NCBI GenBank assembly: GCA_002009975.1
Contig: MTLP01000042.1
Span: 1 to 64,000 of the forward strand
DNA length: 64,000 nucleotides
Direction: 5' to 3'
Origin: Thermococcus sp. JdFR-02
Lineage (GTDB): Archaea; Methanobacteriota_B; Thermococci; Thermococcales; Thermococcaceae
Position 1 is the first letter of the stretch. Each line of letters begins with the position of its first letter. Below are positions 51,427 through 62,835 of the stretch, piece after piece. Below the pieces are notes generated by a model. It was not told the origin of the DNA and did no database searches. It worked only from the letters and a program-made list of their open reading frames with translations. The position numbers and the translations under genes are program-made.

Positions 51427-51714
51427 TTAGCCCTTAACTGCCTTTTCCCACGTTTCCAAGACATCCTTTGCTTTGTCGAATATCCTTTGTGCAGCTTCTT
51501 CTAAAGCTTGCTCTGGTGTTATTTTTCCATCAGTTTTGATCTTGAATCTTGGTTTCCTTGCCATTAGAATTGGATGCTCAATCGTATATCCAGCAAAGAC
51601 CACATGCTTGTTTTCATGAAGCACATCATTTAATAAATTAGCAAAAGTGTGATCTTCCCCTTCAATGTAGAACTCTAAAAGGTTTTTCTCACGCTTAATT
51701 ATCTCTATCTTCAT
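51427..51714 (-). CDS. rpoL: DNA-directed RNA polymerase subunit L (Rpo11)
   Basis: [10 protein letters not shown]...AGYTIEHP. Confidence 0.96.
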   Translation of the reverse strand: MKIEIIKREKNLLEFYIEGEDHTFANLLNDVLHENKHVVFAGYTIEHPILMARKPRFKIKTDGKITPEQALEEAAQRIFDKAKDVLETWEKAVKG

Positions 51715-52337
51715 TTTTCTTCACCTTCCAAATATTTTAACAGTAGTTCCATTGCTTGCTCCTTATTCTTAACAAGTTCGTATTTAAATTTATCCTCCTT
51801 GTATTCAGCTAATCCCAGTTCAACCATTATATCCAAAATTTCCTCTGGGTCTAAATCATGGGCAACTGCAACGGGCAAGACAACTTCCCTAATTTGTCTT
51901 GTCGTTTGGAGTGTTACTTGAGCCAATAAAGCTCCAAGACGCTTAACCAATTCAACAATCTCATTCCATGAGAGGGTGGTTTTGAGTGTTCCCTCTTCAA
52001 ATTGGACGACTTCATTAAGAAGCTTTAGAGTTTTTAACAATATTGGTGCAGAAATGCTGACCCCGGCTTCTCTAAATATGTCATCAATTACATACTCATA
52101 CAATCCTTTTTTGTTTGCATAAAGTCTTGAACGAACCCTTCTGTGAATTTCATTAATTTTATAAACTGCATCTCTGATCTCATCTTTTGTGCCTTGAATG
52201 TTGATTTTCAAAGTGTTCAACTTTCCATGAACATAAATAAAAGCGGGTAGATTAAGCTTTTGGACTTCTTTCATAAATTCCTCCTTTTCAACATCATTTT
52301 TGACATGAATTACGATGACCTTCTTTCCTGCTTTCAT
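51711..52337 (-). CDS. DUF2067-like conserved protein
   Basis: Lies between csl4 and rpoL, the usual position for this family. Confidence 0.65.
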   Translation of the reverse strand: MKAGKKVIVIHVKNDVEKEEFMKEVQKLNLPAFIYVHGKLNTLKINIQGTKDEIRDAVYKINEIHRRVRSRLYANKKGLYEYVIDDIFREAGVSISAPILLKTLKLLNEVVQFEEGTLKTTLSWNEIVELVKRLGALLAQVTLQTTRQIREVVLPVAVAHDLDPEEILDIMVELGLAEYKEDKFKYELVKNKEQAMELLLKYLEGEEK

Positions 52338-52346
52338 ACTTCACAC

Positions 52347-52943
52347 CTAAATTTCAATCTTTATTTTTCTGTACATTGATGAGAGCTTTCTTGTTTCAGA
52401 ATTCCCACATTTTGGACAGATTAATTGACTACCCTTCCTTACAAGGGGAGCTCTACAAGTTGAACAAAGAGCAAAGACAACACCTAATCCTTGTCCTTTG
52501 GTGGTTAGCTGAATTGGACTTTTTTCATTTGCAATAACCTTTGCTCTAACAATGTCACTAACTTTAAACTCCCTGCTCATCTCATCAACATAGCCATCTT
52601 TCACTTGAGATATATGTATCCCGGCAAGCTTTGAGGCTGCAATTTCTCTATATCCGTTTCTTCCCTCTATTTTCAACAGTTGCACTATGGCTGCTTGAGG
52701 TTTAACCTCAATTACCTTTGCTATAACAACATCCCCCACCTTTGGAACAGGTGGAGTGTCTGTAACAGCTTCTACACTAATTTCCATCCTCTCAAGGTTT
52801 ACTTTAACTTTTCCAGCTCTCGTGGCATATAATTCCCCATTTTCTTCTATAACACCTTCTCCAGGCAAGAATTCTTCAATAATTCCAAGATAATCTCCAG
52901 GAAGAACAAAATCCCCGTTTTTTACGCTTTTCTTTTTATCCAT
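52347..52943 (-). CDS. csl4: Exosome RNA-binding protein Csl4
   Basis: VLPGDYLG..EEF.PG, S1 domain, zinc ribbon CSTC...CPKC..ETRKLS. Confidence 0.95.
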   Translation of the reverse strand: MDKKKSVKNGDFVLPGDYLGIIEEFLPGEGVIEENGELYATRAGKVKVNLERMEISVEAVTDTPPVPKVGDVVIAKVIEVKPQAAIVQLLKIEGRNGYREIAASKLAGIHISQVKDGYVDEMSREFKVSDIVRAKVIANEKSPIQLTTKGQGLGVVFALCSTCRAPLVRKGSQLICPKCGNSETRKLSSMYRKIKIEI

Positions 52944-53088
52944 TGTCCGCACCTCAAAACTTTTTTTACAATGGTCTACTTTTAAGTTTATGGCTTTCCA
53001 ATATGACACCCAATTTAAAAGATTATCTAACCTCAGCTTAAACTTTCTGGTGTGGCATAGATTTAAAAACTTCTGTTTTTAGCTCATT

Positions 53089-54234
53089 ATGGTGGCGGGA
53101 GTGGAGGAATATATAAAGTTAGCTGTTGAGTTAATAAAGAAAGGATGGGAAGAGAGGAAAATCAGAGTAAGACTGCCCAAGGATAATGCTGATGAAATAA
53201 TTGAAATTGCTAAAGCGAGAATTCGTGCAAAGGACAAATTTTCAAAAGATAACCTATGGATGGATTTAGAGGGATTAAGATATGCAACCCATGAAATTGT
53301 TGCTGAATATAGAGCTAAGAGAATAAAGCCCAAAAGTATAGCAGATGTTAGCTGTGGAGTTGGCATTCAGCTTATCTTCTTTGCAAAGTATGCAAGAGAA
53401 GCTTATGCAGTTGATATTGAGGAGAAAAAGCTGTTCTATGCCATGAAAAATGCTGAAGTTTATGGTGTTAAAGAGAAGATAAAATTTATTCTCGGAGATA
53501 GTCTAAGTAAAGAAGTTGTTGATCAAATAGATGCGGACATAATATTTTCAGATCCCGCGAGACCTCCAGAGATGCCAGAAAGAAATTTGGAAGATTTACT
53601 CCCAAGTCCATTGGCTATTTATAATGCCTACAAACATAAAACTGACTCGTTTATATTCGATTTGCCACCTCAAATAAGGAGGAAAAAAATCCCTTGGAGA
53701 GGAGAATTTGAATACATTGACCTACATGGACGCTTAAATAGATTAACCTTTTACTTTGAACCTTTAGCTAAAGCAGAGCGTTCTGCAGTCCTATTACCAA
53801 GAGGGGTTAGATTAGAAAGCAATCCAAATTTAGAAGACATAGTAGAGTGGAGCGAGCCAAAAGAGTATCTATATGAAATTCCTCAGAGTATAGACTATGC
53901 AGACCTAATAAATGAACTCTTTCATAATGTAAAGGGTGAGTTGTTCATAACGCTTAGAGAAAAGAGGAGGGTTTTAGCAACAAGTGATGAAGAAGTTAAG
54001 AGTGAATACTTTAAAAGAAGATATGTTTTAGTTGGCACTGTTCCATTCCATCCATTAAGAATTAACGACTTTTTGAGAAGAGAGGGCTTTAGGAAGGCAA
54101 CATTAAGGATAAGCATTCCAGATAAAGAGTACTGGAAGTTCAGGCATAAAGTAGAGGCTAATCTAAAAGGAGAAAGGAAAGCGTATGTTTTTCAATATAA
54201 AAATAAAGCATTGATCGCAGAGCCCTTAGACTAG
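53089..54234 (+). CDS. Class I SAM-dependent methyltransferase (probable RNA methylase)
   Basis: ADVSCGVG, AVDI and SDPARP motifs. Confidence 0.8.
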   Translation: MVAGVEEYIKLAVELIKKGWEERKIRVRLPKDNADEIIEIAKARIRAKDKFSKDNLWMDLEGLRYATHEIVAEYRAKRIKPKSIADVSCGVGIQLIFFAKYAREAYAVDIEEKKLFYAMKNAEVYGVKEKIKFILGDSLSKEVVDQIDADIIFSDPARPPEMPERNLEDLLPSPLAIYNAYKHKTDSFIFDLPPQIRRKKIPWRGEFEYIDLHGRLNRLTFYFEPLAKAERSAVLLPRGVRLESNPNLEDIVEWSEPKEYLYEIPQSIDYADLINELFHNVKGELFITLREKRRVLATSDEEVKSEYFKRRYVLVGTVPFHPLRINDFLRREGFRKATLRISIPDKEYWKFRHKVEANLKGERKAYVFQYKNKALIAEPLD

Positions 54235-55155
54235 CATCAGTGCCAATGGAACCGTGTATAGCCACTCTCCATCGACTATTAGGTCAATCTCTTTCCCTAT
54301 TTTCTTGCCTTTCTTTGAGAAGTGCAGTATATACCAGTAACCGTTTAATATTGAAAAGATTAAGACGAGGGAATATTCAGTGAAGTATCCAAAATGGTAG
54401 CCTATGAAGAACCATGGAATAAAAGTCGTGTTTAAAGCTAAGAGTAAAGCTTTACTCTTTTCAAACCCAAGCTTTACTGGAACGGTTTTAATTCCATTTG
54501 CCCTATCACCTTCAATGTCCCTGAGATCAAAAAGCATGGTATTTATTATGCTCTTCATGAAGAAGAAGTAATAAATTAGAGCCACTTTAAGTCCATCTAC
54601 ATGTGTAAGGGTCAAATAGGGGAGGAAAGTTGTACCATTTGCCCATGTTAACGCTATTATCAAGTTTTTAACTCCAGTTATATCCTTTAACCTTGGATAT
54701 CTTGGGGATACCCTAATACTATAAAGCACACCAGAGAATATAGGGAACATGACAACAAGGATTGCCCAGAAGCTCGTTAGGGCACTCAAAATTATGGCTA
54801 ATATAAATGATAGTAATATTGAGTACTTAAATATCCTAACAACCTTTTTTATATACTTAACTCTCTCAGGGTTGTTTATCTCGTCCTCTTTTAAATCCGT
54901 TAGTTTGTTTATTCCGTAAACACTGAACACTAAGAAGAATGTTGTTAAGAGAAGATTTACTCTTGGTTCAGTGCCATATAGCATGAAGGACAGGTACAGC
55001 TTAAATGTGCCACTTATGGCTAAAAACAGGGACGTTGCTATTAAAAACGCAAGCACTGAGTATGCTATGTCATAAACTTTCTTGAACTTTCTCAATAATA
55101 GCGTTGGAATTTCTAAATTTTTGTAATATCCAGAGACATATCTCCAGTCCACCAT
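54226..55155 (-). CDS. UbiA-family prenyltransferase
   Basis: NKLTDLKEDEINNPER and DLRDIEGD Asp-rich motifs; multiple TM helices. Confidence 0.88.
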   Translation of the reverse strand: MVDWRYVSGYYKNLEIPTLLLRKFKKVYDIAYSVLAFLIATSLFLAISGTFKLYLSFMLYGTEPRVNLLLTTFFLVFSVYGINKLTDLKEDEINNPERVKYIKKVVRIFKYSILLSFILAIILSALTSFWAILVVMFPIFSGVLYSIRVSPRYPRLKDITGVKNLIIALTWANGTTFLPYLTLTHVDGLKVALIYYFFFMKSIINTMLFDLRDIEGDRANGIKTVPVKLGFEKSKALLLALNTTFIPWFFIGYHFGYFTEYSLVLIFSILNGYWYILHFSKKGKKIGKEIDLIVDGEWLYTVPLALMLV

Positions 55156-55297
55156 ATTTCTTTCCCCCAGTACCCTTTTTAAAATATCTACTACGTTAGA
55201 TTGCTAAGCCCTTATTCCAAAAAATCGTTATTTGATACGCGAGACACTGATTCAAGCCTAGAGGCAATAATTAAATTATAAATGAAAAGGGTAAAGA

Positions 55298-56092
55298 TTA
55301 CAAAACCCTTTTTGCATTCTCTTTATAATACTGGAAGAGGTCTAATCCCCATTTCCTTGCTTTTTCGTTGTTGCTGATTAGGTCCATAGTTGTATCGTAT
55401 CGCCCATCGAGGAAAAACAATCCAAGGGACATGAACGTATCTGTAACAGTAAAGGCAACCCTTGGATTCCAGTCTAATGTATAGATTTTAACGTTTGGCA
55501 AGCTCTTAACCCTCTCAACATCTTCAGAAGGTGCTAATTCCAGCAATCTTTCATAGACTGCTTGTGTTATAATGATCTCAATATCAATATTTTTGGTTGA
55601 TGCAAGATCTGAAAATGCCTCTGGATAGTCAGAAAAGAGTATGGGGGAAACTCCCCTAATCCATCTTGAAGTCTTTACAAGTCGCATATATATTTCATGT
55701 GGCATTGCAAGCTGGTCTGGAGGAGTAACATACAACTCAGATTCCTTTAAGTCTCCTATTCTTTCAAGCAATTCTAAAGGAATTCCACTCAAATCATGAG
55801 TTAACCAAAACTCCTCAAATTTTTTCACAGTCTCAAGAGTGTCTAGCAATCTTGCCATTTGTAAATATATTATGCGTCCGGTATTTGTGAGCATATATTC
55901 TTTAGTCTCTTTATTTTGCACGATTAACTTTTCTTCCTCAAGATCCTTAAGAGAGTGAGAAATCGTAGATTTAGTAGAACCGATTATATCTTGTAACTCT
56001 CTAAGCAATTTCGGCTCTCTTGCTAGTACTAATAGTATCCTACGACGTAGATCAGATGATACAATTAGTTTTAGTATTTTCTCAACATTCAT
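55298..56092 (-). CDS. ArsR-type wHTH regulator with DUF1724-like C-terminal domain
   Basis: SDLRRRILL...STISHSLKDL, FWLTHDLSGIP and WGLDLFQYY motifs. Confidence 0.85.
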   Translation of the reverse strand: MNVEKILKLIVSSDLRRRILLVLAREPKLLRELQDIIGSTKSTISHSLKDLEEEKLIVQNKETKEYMLTNTGRIIYLQMARLLDTLETVKKFEEFWLTHDLSGIPLELLERIGDLKESELYVTPPDQLAMPHEIYMRLVKTSRWIRGVSPILFSDYPEAFSDLASTKNIDIEIIITQAVYERLLELAPSEDVERVKSLPNVKIYTLDWNPRVAFTVTDTFMSLGLFFLDGRYDTTMDLISNNEKARKWGLDLFQYYKENAKRVL

Positions 56093-56156
56093 AAGCTTCT
56101 CCTCCTTTTTCTTTTATACCAGAGGTTGTTAATAAGTTTTTCTTTAAAATCCAGTT

Positions 56157-56192
56157 TTGTTCTCTGAGAACAATTTTGTTCTCGTAAAACAA
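56157..56192. promoter_or_regulatory. Tandem palindromic operator
   Basis: TTGTTCTC-T-GAGAACAA (perfect, 56157-56173) and TTGTTCTC-G-TAAAACAA (56176-56192), abutting TTTATAT at ~56196. Confidence 0.65.
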
Positions 56193-56241
56193 AACTTTAT
56201 ATCTCACCATGATAAATATTAGTACAGAGGGGGAAGATAAT

Positions 56242-57009
56242 ATGAAGATTTTAAAGTCTGGATTTGAGGAATTTGATAAGATTTTGGGTAGCGGTATTTT
56301 AGAAGGTACTAACGTTCTTTTTATTTACGATTCATTCTCACTTGGTTGGATAATGCCATTTAAGATATTTCAGTATAGAGTTAGCAAAGGAGATTTTGGA
56401 GTAATAATAAACTATAACCTCCCTTTGTCAAAGCTTGCATTGAGAGCTAAATCCGCAGGTCTGGATATAGAAGTGGAGGGCAAGAATGGAAACTTGGCAA
56501 TTATAGATGTATTTGGGTCAAGATATGGGAGTAAGCGTTCGGATGATTATGTATACACGATTGAAGGTTTTGATCCAGACACATATGTTCCAAAACTTTT
56601 AGAGATTTATCATGAGATTCTAAAAAAGGCAAATAATAGGAGATTAATAGAGATAAACTTTACAGTCGATGGACTTGCATTTGAAATTGGGGAGGACAGA
56701 AGTATTAGAATACTGAAGCATATACTTTCAAAGAAAGAGTATATACAAGGGAAAAAGACACCATCTCTGCTTTCAATGCTCCTTCTAAACAAGGACAGAG
56801 TCTCAAAGGAATTTGTTTCTTGGAATATTGAGTTTGGAGATTATGTTATTGAATTCATCTTTGAAGGAAGAGCTGGACAAGTTATGGAAGAAATGTACGT
56901 CCTAAAATCTCCCTCTTTTGACTTTGAACCAAAGGCTTATGCATGCACAATTAAAAACAGCAATATCTTTATTCAAAATATAAATCAAAGGGGGAGGGTT
57001 ATACTTTAA
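56242..57009 (+). CDS. RAD55/KaiC-like RecA-fold protein, degenerate Walker A (paralog of 38037..38792)
   Basis: SGFEEFDKILGSGI, YDSFSLG; GDFGVI.NYN.P and EGKNGNLA.IDVF are shared with the paralog. Confidence 0.7.
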   Translation: MKILKSGFEEFDKILGSGILEGTNVLFIYDSFSLGWIMPFKIFQYRVSKGDFGVIINYNLPLSKLALRAKSAGLDIEVEGKNGNLAIIDVFGSRYGSKRSDDYVYTIEGFDPDTYVPKLLEIYHEILKKANNRRLIEINFTVDGLAFEIGEDRSIRILKHILSKKEYIQGKKTPSLLSMLLLNKDRVSKEFVSWNIEFGDYVIEFIFEGRAGQVMEEMYVLKSPSFDFEPKAYACTIKNSNIFIQNINQRGRVIL

Positions 57010-57572
57010 ACCATGAATTCACTTGCCGTTTGAGGTTTCATAGGGAGTTCTTCTGGTAATGAAAAGAAAGCGATTATTTCTAGAACTTTTGCCACTATTA
57101 GAATTAAACCTCCAATCATTACTATCAAGAGTGCTGCTCCAATTAAGTAGAGCGCCCCTACTGTGCTAAACATGCTCACATCAGTGTATTCTGCTATCGA
57201 GGTATAACTTTTTCTTATAAAGAATGAACCCGCTAGGAGGAATATCCATAACAAGAAAATTCCGAGCAAAATGCTTCCCATCATCGCTGTAAATCCTCGT
57301 GCACCCATTGCCATCGCGCCAACTACTGATCCGCCTATTACTACTAATAAAACACCAATTCCTAATATCTGCATTATAAAAGCAATTAAGTAATTTTTGA
57401 AAATCGATTCGTCATTAGTCTCATCGGAAATATATTTCACCGCTAGAATAATCAACACTAATCCAACTATGCTGAATACACTGCCAATACGGGGTATGAT
57501 CCCTCCTATAAGTCCCAATAATGCTCCGACTCCTCCATATGTTTTTGCTTGACTTAGACTCACAGTCCTCAC
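57006..57572 (-). CDS. DUF996 membrane protein
   Basis: AKTYGGVGALL start and IIAFFSLPE end; multiple TM helices. Confidence 0.8.
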   Translation of the reverse strand: MRTVSLSQAKTYGGVGALLGLIGGIIPRIGSVFSIVGLVLIILAVKYISDETNDESIFKNYLIAFIMQILGIGVLLVVIGGSVVGAMAMGARGFTAMMGSILLGIFLLWIFLLAGSFFIRKSYTSIAEYTDVSMFSTVGALYLIGAALLIVMIGGLILIVAKVLEIIAFFSLPEELPMKPQTASEFMV

Positions 57573-57684
57573 CAGAGATTATTACTAGCTAAAAATATAA
57601 AAGCATAACGAAAAAACACAGTAGCTAGATGTATCTATTAAGAAAGTTTGACTTCAAGCAGAAATAAGCAAAACAATCATAAAA

Positions 57685-57876
57685 TTATTCTTCGATAATT
57701 TTAGCATTTCTAATCTTTTTTGAGCCAATCCTTAGGCTTTTAAAGTAGTTTATATGCTCCTCTGGAAGGAAATTATCGAGCTTAGTTGGTTTTAACCTTT
57801 TTCGCTTTACCTTTTGTGGCTGTTCATTGAATTTTATAGTAGATTTCTCAATGAATTCATCAAGCTTTTTATCCAT
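57685..57876 (-). CDS. Thermococcales inhibitor of PCNA (TIP)
   Basis: MDKKLDEFI...[32 protein letters not shown] closely resembles TIP. Confidence 0.85.
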   Translation of the reverse strand: MDKKLDEFIEKSTIKFNEQPQKVKRKRLKPTKLDNFLPEEHINYFKSLRIGSKKIRNAKIIEE

Positions 57877-58156
57877 ACACCCACCCAAAAGATTTGGACT
57901 GATATTGTTATATAGGTTTTTTGATAATTTTAATAGCAAATTAAAGGAACAAACGAAACCAACAACCTTAATCTATAGGCATAGGTACATTTTTGTTTTC
58001 TGTTCAGCGCTTGAAAAGGTGATAAACTTTTTTACATTGAAAGCAATTGTTTAAAACCTTAAAAAATAACCTACCAAAACGGTTTTGCAGAAACCCTTTT
58101 AATGAACAAATTTACCTAATATGATGATAAATAAAAGTTCCAGAGAGGGAAGTGAA

Positions 58157-59965
58157 ATGTGTGGAATCATCGGATACATTGGAGATCGAAAAGCATGTGA
58201 AGTCATTGTTGATGGTTTAAAGAGATTAGAATACAGGGGTTATGATTCTGTTGGGGTAGTAACTGAAGAAAATGGAAAGTTACATATAAGGAAAGGCGCT
58301 GGCAAGATAGATGAACTAAAGGAGAAGTTAAGATTAAATGAGATGCCCGGAAATAGGGGAATTGGGCACACACGATGGGCTACCCACGGTATTCCAAATG
58401 ATATCAATGCTCACCCTCACACAGATTGTACTGGAGAAATTGCTATCGTTCATAACGGAATAATTGAGAATTATCTTGAACTTAAAGAAGAGCTTATCAA
58501 AAAAGGCCACAGATTTGTTAGTGACACTGATACCGAGGTTATTGTCCATCTAATTGAGGAGGGTTTAAAAGACTTTAAGAATCTTGAGAATGCACTAAGG
58601 TATGCTCTTCTAAAGCTTAAAGGTTCATTTGCATTGGGGATTATCTACACAAAAGATAGAGAACACCTGTATTTAGTTAGAAATGAAAGTCCACTTGTCT
58701 TGGGAATAGGAAATGGGGAGATGCTTTTTGCCTCTGACATACCTGCCTTGCTTCCATATACAAATAGGGTAATTTTCTTGGATGATGGAGAATATGCCGT
58801 GATAACTAAAAACTCTTTTGTGATTAAAGATATGAGAACGGGAGAAATTAGAGATAAACAAATACAGGAGATAAATTGGAGTTTAGAAATGGCTGAAAAA
58901 CAAGGTTATGATCATTTCATGCTTAAAGAGATTCATGAACAGCCAAAAGCTGTAAAGGAAGCATTTTATGGAAATGTTAAGACAATAGACAAAGTTGCAA
59001 AGGAGATTGCAAAATACGAAAAAATATTCATAGTTGCAATGGGAACTTCATATCATGCTGGAATAGCTGGAAAATATCTCTTCCAAAGATTAGCTAAAAA
59101 AGTTCCTATAGTTGAAGAAGCAAGCGAGTTTAGGTATGAAGCGGAGGATTTGGTTGATGAAAACACGTTAGTTATTGCAATAACACAAAGTGGGGAAACT
59201 GCAGATACATTAGCGGCTATAAGGTTAGCTAAAAAGAAAGGTGCAAAGGTTCTAAGTATTGTGAACGTTGTTGGAAGCATGGCTACAAGAATCAGTGATT
59301 TAGTGGTTTATACCCATGCAGGTCCAGAAATAGGGGTTGCAGCAACTAAGACCTATGCAACACAGTTAACTGTTTTAGCAATGTTAACAGCAGCTTTAGC
59401 CAAACATTTAGGAACTGTTGAAGAGAGCTACTTAAAAGAGCTGGAAAATCAGATACACGATTTGCCAAAGTATGTTGAGGCTGCACTAGGCTATGAAAAT
59501 AAAATTAAAAAGCTTGCAAAGGAACTGAAAGATAAGAGGGACTTCTTCTACATTGGAAGAAGCATAAGCTTTGCGACTGCTTTAGAAGGTGCACTAAAGC
59601 TTAAGGAGATAAGCTACATACATGCTGAAGGATTATCTGCAGGTGAACTTAAGCATGGACCCCTAGCTTTGATTGAAGAAGGCGTCCCAGTTGTTGCAAT
59701 AGCTCCAACAGGAAAAACCTATGACAAGATAATTTCAAATATTGAAGAAGCAAAGGCAAGAAAAGGCTTCATAATAACATTAGGAGACAGTGAAGAGCTT
59801 AAAGAGATAAGCGACGTCTTTATAAAGATGCCGAAAGTTGATGAGCTTTTAAGTCCAATAGTTTATATAGTCCCACTCCAATTATTAGCTTATCACTTAG
59901 CAGTTTTAAGAGGCAATGACCCTGATAAACCTAGGAATTTAGCAAAATCTGTTACCGTTGAATGA
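58157..59965 (+). CDS. glmS: Glutamine--fructose-6-phosphate transaminase
   Basis: [31 protein letters not shown] and [11 protein letters not shown] motifs. Confidence 0.98.
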   Translation: MCGIIGYIGDRKACEVIVDGLKRLEYRGYDSVGVVTEENGKLHIRKGAGKIDELKEKLRLNEMPGNRGIGHTRWATHGIPNDINAHPHTDCTGEIAIVHNGIIENYLELKEELIKKGHRFVSDTDTEVIVHLIEEGLKDFKNLENALRYALLKLKGSFALGIIYTKDREHLYLVRNESPLVLGIGNGEMLFASDIPALLPYTNRVIFLDDGEYAVITKNSFVIKDMRTGEIRDKQIQEINWSLEMAEKQGYDHFMLKEIHEQPKAVKEAFYGNVKTIDKVAKEIAKYEKIFIVAMGTSYHAGIAGKYLFQRLAKKVPIVEEASEFRYEAEDLVDENTLVIAITQSGETADTLAAIRLAKKKGAKVLSIVNVVGSMATRISDLVVYTHAGPEIGVAATKTYATQLTVLAMLTAALAKHLGTVEESYLKELENQIHDLPKYVEAALGYENKIKKLAKELKDKRDFFYIGRSISFATALEGALKLKEISYIHAEGLSAGELKHGPLALIEEGVPVVAIAPTGKTYDKIISNIEEAKARKGFIITLGDSEELKEISDVFIKMPKVDELLSPIVYIVPLQLLAYHLAVLRGNDPDKPRNLAKSVTVE

Positions 59966-59975
59966 GGTGGTGTGC

Positions 59976-62822
59976 ATGGTAAAAGGGAAGAAGAAGGTTA
60001 AGAAAGTTGAAAAAAGTGAAGAAAAACCTTCTTCCTTTAATTTTAGTAAAGTGTTAAGATTCGCAATTCCGGTGATTGTGATTTTAGTTGCTTTTATCGG
60101 ATTTAAATTGAGAATGCAAACTGCACAGGCAAGGTACTTCATAGACTTCGACACCTTCTATCACTATGAGATCTACAAGCTCACAATAAAGGAGTGGATA
60201 CCAAAGTACTATCCAATGTCTGATGCCCCATTTGGGTCTAAAATTGGAGAACCTTTAGGACTCTACATCTTCCCAGCACTTCTCTATAAGATAGCCTCAC
60301 TATTTGGATATAATGATCTTCAAGTTTTTAGAGCATTCCCTCCTTTGGTAGGATTTTTCAGCATAATAGGAATATATCTGCTCGGTAAAAAGCTACATTC
60401 AGAATGGGCTGGGCTTTGGAGCGCTTCAATAATGATGTTCTCAACCTCCCACTTTGTTAGGACTTTTTCTGGAAATAATAGGGGAGATGGTATCTTTCTT
60501 ATGTTTTTCTTCTATGCATTGATCTCCCTGTTCTATTATTTAGATACAAGCAAGAAGAGCATAAAATACACATTTGGAATTTTATCTGTTCTGTTTATGG
60601 TGGCATCTTTAAGTGCATGGAATGGCAGTCCTTTCGGTTTGATGGTTTTACTTGGCTTTGCTAGTGTTAACTCAATAATACTCTTCATTTTTGGAAAAAT
60701 TGACGAACTGAAGACCTTTGTAAGAGATTTTTACCCGGTTTATGCTTTAATGTTGATTATGGGCTATGCACTAACTCCAAGTGGCATTGTAAGAGTTGCA
60801 GGACATATAAAGTTTGCATTTGAAGTCTTTATTGGACTCCTGCTTCTAACTTCCATAATGCTCTATGGAGAAAGACTTAAACTAAATTACTCAGATAAGA
60901 CGCATAGATTCGGAGTTGTTGCAGTTATAACCTTTATTGGCTTTGCTGGGGCATATCTATACGTTGGTCCAAAATTATTCAGCCTAATGGGTGGTGCCTA
61001 TCAATCAACTCAAGTTTACGAGACGGTGCAAGAATTGGCAAAGACCACTTGGACAAGTGTTTCTCAATATTATGCAGTGAAAAGTAATGATGGTATAATA
61101 TTCTTGGTCTCGCTTGTCGGTATTTTATTAACGGCTTTTCATTTCTTTAACAAATTGTCTAAAAATAACAGGGTGGACACAAAAGCACTCTTCGTTCTAA
61201 TCTATTACGGAATGTCGATTTATCTAATGTGGACTGCAGTGAGATTTCTTTTCCTCGCTTCAGGGGCGATTATATTAACCTTTGGAATCCTTGTCGGTGA
61301 ACTATTTAAATTAGTCGAAAGTATGCAGGAGAAGGTTTCAACAAAAGCTCTCTACGCTGCTTTATTGGTCATTTTGTTTATTCCAATTCCAATAGTAGGG
61401 GCAACTACAATGAACAATCAGGCAAAAGCAATGGCAATTAGCGAACCTGTAACTCCTTCTTGGGAAGAAACGTTAAAGTGGCTTAGAGAAGAAACACCAA
61501 AGCTCTCAACAGCAACTTCTTGGTGGGACTATGGTTATTGGATTGAGAGTTCACTTTTGGGCAATAGGAGAGCAAGTGCTGATGGGGGACATGCGAGGGA
61601 TAGAGATTACATACTAGCCAAATTCCTAGCAAATACTGGACAAAAAAGTGAGATAGACTTTGAAAGCTGGGAACTAAACTATTTCATAACCTGGAGTCAG
61701 GATATATTCAAATTTAATGCAATAAGCTACCTTGGAGGAGTTATAAGTAGGGAAGAGAGGGATAGAATAGCAATGTTCGTGCCTTTCCAAAAAGTCGCTG
61801 AGAATATTTACATGATAGATCAATACAGACAAATAAAAATTGTCACGGAAGAAGGCAAAAAGAAGGTTGTAATGAGTATTGGAACTCAAGAGGGAGAACC
61901 GATTAGAAGTATAATTGTGGAAAATGGAGAAGTCATTCAAGGGAAGGGAGACTTCCCAGGAGTAGTGTGGATTTTCCCCAATTATGCAATATATGCATAT
62001 CACAAGATAGCTTTCAGTAACTTCTTTAGACTGGCTTTCTTAAATGGAAATGGTCTTCCAAACTTTAGACTCGTAAAATCAACAGGAGATATAAACGTCT
62101 ACGAATTCAGACCCTTTGTCTTAGTTCGTATTGAGGTCTTTGAAAACAACACATGGAAGAGCATTAGAAAATTAACCCCAGGAGAATACAAAGCCAAGCT
62201 TTACATTTCAGCCTTTGGAAGAGATGTAAAAGGTGCAATCCTAAAGCTCAGGGCATACAATGGTGAAAAGCTGATAAAAGAAGAGATTTTAGCTCAAAAC
62301 GTCAATGTGGATCATTTAAACGAGCAGCCAATTGAAGTAACATTAAACGTCCCAGAAGCTGAGAAGTATGAGATAGTTTTAGTTCAAGAGGGTCCTGTAG
62401 GGGTCTTAAAAGATGTTCCAAAGGTTAATGGAAAGATCAGCAACCCAATATACGTCTTAAGAGAGGGAGAAAGTGGAAATATTGAGCTTAAGGCTGAGTT
62501 TGATAGGGATTACACAGTTGACCTGTATCTGCGGGCTACAATTATTTACCTTGTGAGAACTCAAGGAACAAGCAACGAAGATGAAAAAGCCGTTTTTGAG
62601 CCTCACATGGACATTATTGAGTATGTCCCAGTGAAGGAGAAAATTAATGTTAAAGCTGGAGAAAATGTGATTTTAGCAAGTGCAAGCATGCCAGAGGTCT
62701 TTAATTCATATATACAGAAGCTTAAGGAAGAGTATGGCGAAGATAAATTAGTCATTAGAGGAAAAAGGATAGAGCCAGTATTCATAGCACAAAAAGAGTA
62801 CGTAATTTATGAGCAAAGCTAA
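59976..62822 (+). CDS. aglB: Oligosaccharyltransferase AglB (STT3), long form
   Basis: DFDTFYH, multi-TM N-terminal half, TVQE, WWDYG and ADGG motifs. Confidence 0.95.
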   Translation: MVKGKKKVKKVEKSEEKPSSFNFSKVLRFAIPVIVILVAFIGFKLRMQTAQARYFIDFDTFYHYEIYKLTIKEWIPKYYPMSDAPFGSKIGEPLGLYIFPALLYKIASLFGYNDLQVFRAFPPLVGFFSIIGIYLLGKKLHSEWAGLWSASIMMFSTSHFVRTFSGNNRGDGIFLMFFFYALISLFYYLDTSKKSIKYTFGILSVLFMVASLSAWNGSPFGLMVLLGFASVNSIILFIFGKIDELKTFVRDFYPVYALMLIMGYALTPSGIVRVAGHIKFAFEVFIGLLLLTSIMLYGERLKLNYSDKTHRFGVVAVITFIGFAGAYLYVGPKLFSLMGGAYQSTQVYETVQELAKTTWTSVSQYYAVKSNDGIIFLVSLVGILLTAFHFFNKLSKNNRVDTKALFVLIYYGMSIYLMWTAVRFLFLASGAIILTFGILVGELFKLVESMQEKVSTKALYAALLVILFIPIPIVGATTMNNQAKAMAISEPVTPSWEETLKWLREETPKLSTATSWWDYGYWIESSLLGNRRASADGGHARDRDYILAKFLANTGQKSEIDFESWELNYFITWSQDIFKFNAISYLGGVISREERDRIAMFVPFQKVAENIYMIDQYRQIKIVTEEGKKKVVMSIGTQEGEPIRSIIVENGEVIQGKGDFPGVVWIFPNYAIYAYHKIAFSNFFRLAFLNGNGLPNFRLVKSTGDINVYEFRPFVLVRIEVFENNTWKSIRKLTPGEYKAKLYISAFGRDVKGAILKLRAYNGEKLIKEEILAQNVNVDHLNEQPIEVTLNVPEAEKYEIVLVQEGPVGVLKDVPKVNGKISNPIYVLREGESGNIELKAEFDRDYTVDLYLRATIIYLVRTQGTSNEDEKAVFEPHMDIIEYVPVKEKINVKAGENVILASASMPEVFNSYIQKLKEEYGEDKLVIRGKRIEPVFIAQKEYVIYEQS

Positions 62823-62835
62823 CTTCTCTTTTTTA

